45,506 bases of DNA from contig CAYUWI010000003.1 in assembly GCA_964448275.1 (NCBI GenBank), positions 1-45,506 of the forward strand. The letters run 5' to 3'. Under the pieces are notes generated by a model. The model saw only the letters and a list, made by a program, of their open reading frames with translations. It did no database searches and was not told where the DNA came from. A program made the position numbers and the translations under genes. How positions within the stretch are numbered: position 1 is the stretch's first letter; each line of letters opens with the position of its first letter. Positions 41,145 through 45,506 of the stretch are shown piece by piece. The stretch comes from an uncultured Gammaproteobacteria bacterium (lineage in GTDB: Bacteria; Pseudomonadota; Gammaproteobacteria; Thiohalorhabdales; CAYUWI01).

Positions 41145-41226
41145 CGGTACCTACTCTCCAAGAACCCTCCTAGAGCACTAAGATCCACCCCACCAACCAA
41201 CGCGCACGGCGCGAGCTAGACGGCAT

Positions 41227-41966
41227 CTACTGCTTGGAAATCAAAGGATTTTGGGGGAAATTACAGGTCCGCTGATCACCCGAACAGCGCAGCAATTCCT
41301 CCTTAAGGACCTCGAGCCACCGGGCCAATGCGAGATCCGCCTCAGAGCGGGACAACAGGCGTTCAATGGCGGCACTCAGGGTAGCAATATCTCGATTCAT
41401 CCGTCGGCTGAGTTCGGCCAGTGTCAATCGGGGGTGTTCACGCACAAGCCAAGCGACCGTGGCACGAGCTTGCGCTGGGCGCCGTTTCTTGCCATTGGCC
41501 CGTAGATCTTCCTCACGTAAGGCATAAGCCTCACACACCTTAGCGATCACAGTATCCAAGCTCAGCTCGGGAGAAGTCGATTTCTTCGCCTTCTCGAGGG
41601 CCTCGCGGATAAAGGTATCATCCCCTAATAAACGCTCCCCGCGTGTCCCATAGAGGTGGATATATCGGACGAGTTCCAGGAGGTATATGTCTGCCTCGAT
41701 CAGGAGTGCCTGATATCGGCCCTGGAACAGGTGGCCCTGGCGACCCAACCGATGGTTGACCCAACGCGTATAGCGAAAAGAGAGATTCTGTATGATCCGG
41801 GATAAAGAAACCTCTGCCACCTGGATAGCGAGGTGGACATGGTCTGCCATGCAGAGGTAGAAATGGTAGTAATCTTGGGGCTTAAAAAAAGACCTGTTGA
41901 CCCGCATTCCCTCGCAGTAACGTGATACCATGCCCCTGGAAAGGGTAGCCGCGGTTTACGTGCCAT
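41227..41966 (-). pseudogene. Decayed RAYT/IS200-like Y1 (HUH) transposase with C-terminal HTH
   Basis: MARKPRL..PGAWYHVTAR, then two frameshifts near 41910 and 41885 (reconstructed RGNAGQQVFFKPQDY). HUH motif DHVHL, GHLFQGRY and RYIHL present. Expected segments before the HUH motif and after YIHL (NPV..WSS) appear deleted. Confidence 0.85.
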
Positions 41967-42129
41967 GCAGCTATCCCCACCGGCTCAAGCGAACCCCTCC
42001 GGCACTTGGCCTTACCCCATAGGAGCGGGAAAGATTTGTTCAGCCTCCAAACTACTCTACACCTGCCCCCTACGCACGACCACCTTTCTTAGGGATTCAA
42101 ATTCTACCGCTGCTTCTCTACCTCGTCTA

Positions 42130-42321
42130 AGCCCACCTAATTCATGGGATGCACCAGAAGCAGCGTAATTTCCTGTTGGAAAAGGAAAATCGCCACCTAT
42201 CTTGAGCTCCCTTCTTCACCCATTTGGGTGAACGCCATATCAAGGAGTTGTATCCGCTCAACCCGGGAGAAGAGCCAAAATTTGCCAAGCTTGTGCTTTA
42301 CCCTCGTGAATTAGGTGGGCT
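42130..42321. repeat. ~190-bp concentric inverted-repeat element (REPIN/MITE-like)
   Basis: Perfect 15-bp arms AGCCCACCTAATTCA (42130-42144) / TGAATTAGGTGGGCT (42307-42321), with a central hairpin TTCACCCA-TT-TGGGTGAA (42215-42232). Confidence 0.7.
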
Positions 42322-42391
42322 AAGTTGGATGAAGGGAAGGGGCACAGAGTACACCTCTCCTAAAGAGATGACCCCCTCATAGCCACTGGAG

Positions 42392-43624
42392 TCATCCCGG
42401 CGCCTGAGAAAGGCTCCATAGGGGAAGCTGGAGGCAGAGGACAAGGAACAACACCATGATACTAACCAATACGACCAGAATTGGTACACTCAAGCGGGAC
42501 AGGTGATCGATTGTAAGCTCCACCTCCTGCTCATAAGACTCGGCGATCTCGTCCATTACCTCATCGACCGTCCCTGTCTCCTCCCCTATCTCGATCATTT
42601 GCAACACTGCCAAAGGGAAGAGCTCACTCCGCCGCGCAGCTGTATAAAGGCCGTCACCCCGCTCCACCCCCCACCGAATTGCTTCGAGCTGGCCACCAAT
42701 ATAGTGGTTCTCCACAGCTCGAGTCGCGACTCGCAGACCCTCGGACACAGGGATCCCACTGCTTGCGATGGTGGCAAGGATCCGACCAAAGCGGACCATC
42801 GCAAGATCGAAGAAAAGCTCTCCAATAAGGGGGAAGCGAAGCTTTAACCGATCCCAGTGCTGACGTCCCGCCGCTGTGCGTACATATTGCCTCCAACCCA
42901 GAACCCCCCCCCCGAAACCGATGAGCAGAAGTAGCCCGTAGCTACGGGTAAATTCCGATACGCCGAGCAAGGCCCGCATAGGGAAGGAGAGATTCCCTTC
43001 AAGAGTCGAGAGCGCAGCGGTGGACTTGGGGATGACCACCACATTCAAGGCTACAAAGACCAGGGCGAGGGCCCCGAGCATTGCAATAGGGTAGTGGAGG
43101 GCCTGTCGGAGGTGATTGCGGGAACACCTTTCGTATTCGAGGCTGTAACTCAATCGATAGAAGATCTCTTCCAGATTGCCTGTAACCTCCCCGATCCGCA
43201 CCATATGGATGAAGTATTCGGGGAAGACATTTGGGTACAGTGCCATCCCGTCAGCGAGCGAACGACCTGCCTCTGATGCTCCCCGCACCCCTTTGAGGGC
43301 CTCTCGCAGGTGTTCATTGGTACAAGATTCGATCTGGCTCACGAGCGCGCGCCGTAGCGGCACCCCCGTACTGAGTAGGGCAGCCATCTGCCGGGTAAAA
43401 GGGAGTAAGCCCCTCAGAGGGACCTTGACCCGGATAAGCCGTTTGTTTGAATGACGCTTGCTGCGTTCGGGTCCCAAAACCGGGGTACGGATCTCAGTGA
43501 TCTCTAGGGCGATCACTTGGGCATTGCTGAGCTGCTCAACCGCTGCCTGGGGGGAATCTGCCTCCAGCGTTCCAGTCACCGCCTCGCCCCGGAGATTACG
43601 ACCTTTATAACGAAAGGTAGGCAT
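42392..43624 (-). CDS. Type II secretion/type IV pilus inner-membrane platform protein (GspF/PilC/MshG family)
   Basis: MPTFRYKGRN..GE.V.G.LEADS, FTRQMAALLSTGVPL, two GE.TG repeats, three TM segments. Confidence 0.92.
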   Translation of the reverse strand: MPTFRYKGRNLRGEAVTGTLEADSPQAAVEQLSNAQVIALEITEIRTPVLGPERSKRHSNKRLIRVKVPLRGLLPFTRQMAALLSTGVPLRRALVSQIESCTNEHLREALKGVRGASEAGRSLADGMALYPNVFPEYFIHMVRIGEVTGNLEEIFYRLSYSLEYERCSRNHLRQALHYPIAMLGALALVFVALNVVVIPKSTAALSTLEGNLSFPMRALLGVSEFTRSYGLLLLIGFGGGVLGWRQYVRTAAGRQHWDRLKLRFPLIGELFFDLAMVRFGRILATIASSGIPVSEGLRVATRAVENHYIGGQLEAIRWGVERGDGLYTAARRSELFPLAVLQMIEIGEETGTVDEVMDEIAESYEQEVELTIDHLSRLSVPILVVLVSIMVLFLVLCLQLPLWSLSQAPG

Positions 43625-43869
43625 GGGCAACTCTCCCTCACCCAAATCCCTTCCCCGGGGAGGAAAGGAGTTCCTTAAGCAGCCCCCATAAACACCCCAG
43701 AGGGCAACCTTCTAGAACACCTCTCAACAATGATGAGCCACCTGTCCTCCATAGCCATCTATATATCTCCTCACCGAAGAGGAACTCACCGAAATACTCA
43801 CTGCCATCCTCTTGCAAAGTCTGACCCCGCTTGGGGAATGGTCCCTACTGTTGCGATTGGGGGACTGGC

Positions 43870-44064
43870 TCAGATCAAGCGCCGGACTAGAAACAACAGA
43901 CCGACGCCAACAACCATCAAGGTCAGACCCATTCCCCGCAATACATGGTCGGGTAGCATAAAAAGGTGTGCCAGCGCCCGCCGCATCGAGGCAGGGCTAA
44001 TAAAGTAGGGCAGTCCCTCTACCACGAAGACGAGGGAAATCGCCGACAAGAGATCCTCCCACAC
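43870..44064 (-). CDS. yjeT: DUF2065 family small membrane protein
   Basis: MWEDLLSAISLVFVVEGLPYFISP...LRGMGL; canonical position after hflC. Confidence 0.88.
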   Translation of the reverse strand: MWEDLLSAISLVFVVEGLPYFISPASMRRALAHLFMLPDHVLRGMGLTLMVVGVGLLFLVRRLI

Positions 44065-44201
44065 AAGTACGCACTTTTCTTTGGTTGGTCAAATATTCCT
44101 TCGTACCCGGAAGTCTCACTTTCAAGCTATCATATCACTTTGCCATTATTCCGGGTCCAACGTAGGTTCTCCCCGTCGGAAATTGAGCACCCATCTCCCC
44201 T

Positions 44202-45101
44202 TTATTCTTGTTTAGACGCTGCTTTTTGCGCCATCCCTTCACTCTGGTTGAAATAGTGGAAGAATTCGGAGTCTGGGCTTAGAACCATCATATTGCCTTC
44301 GCTCGCATGGAAGGCCTTATCATACGCCTGGAAACTACGATATAAGGAAAAAAACTCCTCATCTAAGCCATAGGCATTGGCGTATATTTGGGTGGCCTTG
44401 GCCTCAGCCTCACCTTTGATCACCTCCGCCTCCCGGCGGGCCTCAGCGAGGATCTCGGCTCGTTCACGCTCCGCCGTGGCCATGATCTCCTCGGCCTGTT
44501 CAGCCCCTTCTGCTCGATACTCCCGGGCCTCACGCTCCCGTTCGGAACTCATCCGCTGGTAAACGGCCTGCTCATTCTCCTTGGGCAGATCGGTCCGTTT
44601 GATCCGAACATCGAGCACGTGGATGCCGAGACCCTCGGCCCGCTCACTCACCTCTGCGCGCAACGTCTCCATGACCTCGCGCCTCTCCCCCGAAACCACC
44701 TGTTGCAGATCCCGCTTCCCGATCTGGTCGCGTAGGCCCGAGCGGATCATGTCGCCGAGGCGGCTCTTGGCGCCACGCTCGTTAGTGACCGTTACATAGT
44801 ACTGCAAGGGATCCTCAATCCGCCACTTGGAAAAGGAGTCCACAATCAGATTCTTCTTGTCGCTGGTGACATAGGTCCGGGACTCGGCATCGTAGTCTAG
44901 GACCCGATTATCGAAATAGAGCACCTCCTGGATAAAGGGGGTCTTGAAGTGCATACCAGGCTCAGTTACTGCGCCTCGGGGCTCTCCGAATTGGAGGACC
45001 AATACATATTCGGTCTCATCCACAGTATACACGCCGGCGGCTAAGGTGATCCCAGCGAGCACCAGCACGACGATAGCAGCGGACAATAGGGTGCGGTTCA
45101 T
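44202..45101 (-). CDS. hflC: FtsH protease modulator HflC
   Basis: LQFGEP, TSDKKNLIVDSF.KWRI, DVRIKRTDLP, VYQRM.SER, FFSLYRS, VLSPDSEFF. Confidence 0.96.
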   Translation of the reverse strand: MNRTLLSAAIVVLVLAGITLAAGVYTVDETEYVLVLQFGEPRGAVTEPGMHFKTPFIQEVLYFDNRVLDYDAESRTYVTSDKKNLIVDSFSKWRIEDPLQYYVTVTNERGAKSRLGDMIRSGLRDQIGKRDLQQVVSGERREVMETLRAEVSERAEGLGIHVLDVRIKRTDLPKENEQAVYQRMSSEREREAREYRAEGAEQAEEIMATAERERAEILAEARREAEVIKGEAEAKATQIYANAYGLDEEFFSLYRSFQAYDKAFHASEGNMMVLSPDSEFFHYFNQSEGMAQKAASKQE

Positions 45102-45104
45102 CGG

Positions 45105-45506
45105 TTACTTCCTCTCCTCATTGATCCTCTTACCCTGGCGGATCCGCTCAAGGCGCTTCTCGAACTCTTGTCGCATACTGGCGATGTCACGATCACCACT
45201 CGGCTGGGTCTGGGATTTGGCCTTGTCGGTCTCTTGTTTCTCCGCCCCTGCAGCCGCTTCTTTGGCTTGGGTCATAGCCCGTTGCAGGGGGAGATAGAGG
45301 AGATTCGCACTTTCCGGGATATCGACAAGCACCTTATTGCTCCGGGCCAGGATCTTCTCCATGGTCTGAAGGTAGAGCCGCTCTCGGGTCACCTTTGGGG
45401 CCTCCTTATACTCCTGGTAGACTGCCTTGAACCGATCTGCGGCACCTTGAGCCTCTTTTATGGTCTCCGCCTCGAACCCCTTCGCCTCCTGGATGATCCG
45501 CTGGGC
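45105..45506 (-). CDS. hflK: FtsH protease modulator HflK (3' part; truncated by window edge)
   Basis: AQRIIQEAKG..AQGAADRF...EYKEAPKVTRERLYLQTME, NLLYLPL; upstream of hflC. Confidence 0.94.
   Translation of the reverse strand, partial: AQRIIQEAKGFEAETIKEAQGAADRFKAVYQEYKEAPKVTRERLYLQTMEKILARSNKVLVDIPESANLLYLPLQRAMTQAKEAAAGAEKQETDKAKSQTQPSGDRDIASMRQEFEKRLERIRQGKRINEERK

Noticed and set aside
42130-42321. 6S RNA as the identity of the long hairpin
   Set aside because: The size fits, but internal pairing is weak and the usual zapA/ygfA context is absent. Kept only as a REPIN-like candidate pending an Rfam search.

Overview
A mostly core-chromosomal window from a GC-rich proteobacterium; gene content and order suggest a deep-branching gammaproteobacterium (inference). 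About 14-45.5 kb is housekeeping synteny, largely on the minus strand: hflK'-hflC-yjeT-[insert]-hisZ-purA, tRNA-Leu(CAG), rnr-rlmB-rpsF-priB-rpsR-rplI-dnaB, ubiG-dapC-dapD-dapE and gyrA-pheA-tyrA-aroA-cmk-rpsA-sppA-ihfB-lapA-pyrF. The first ~14 kb is a mosaic accessory region: an orphan P4-type integrase, small zinc-ribbon and membrane genes, a PflX-like radical SAM protein, glpK, a relocated serC, a Nudix hydrolase, a hemD + 1174-aa flavo-Fe-S oxidoreductase pair, acuC and an atypical pyrE. Main points of interest: (1) a dUTPase-fold protein with degenerate catalytic motifs and a hydrophobic C-terminal helix in place of motif V; (2) a 144-aa mini-intein in DnaB; (3) a single-chain NfnB/GltD + NfnA/PyrK-like fusion coupled to hemD; (4) an insertion between yjeT and hisZ carrying an orphan GspF/PilC gene, a decayed RAYT-type transposase and a ~190-bp concentric inverted-repeat (REPIN-like) element. 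All calls come from reading motifs by eye; no database searches were run.
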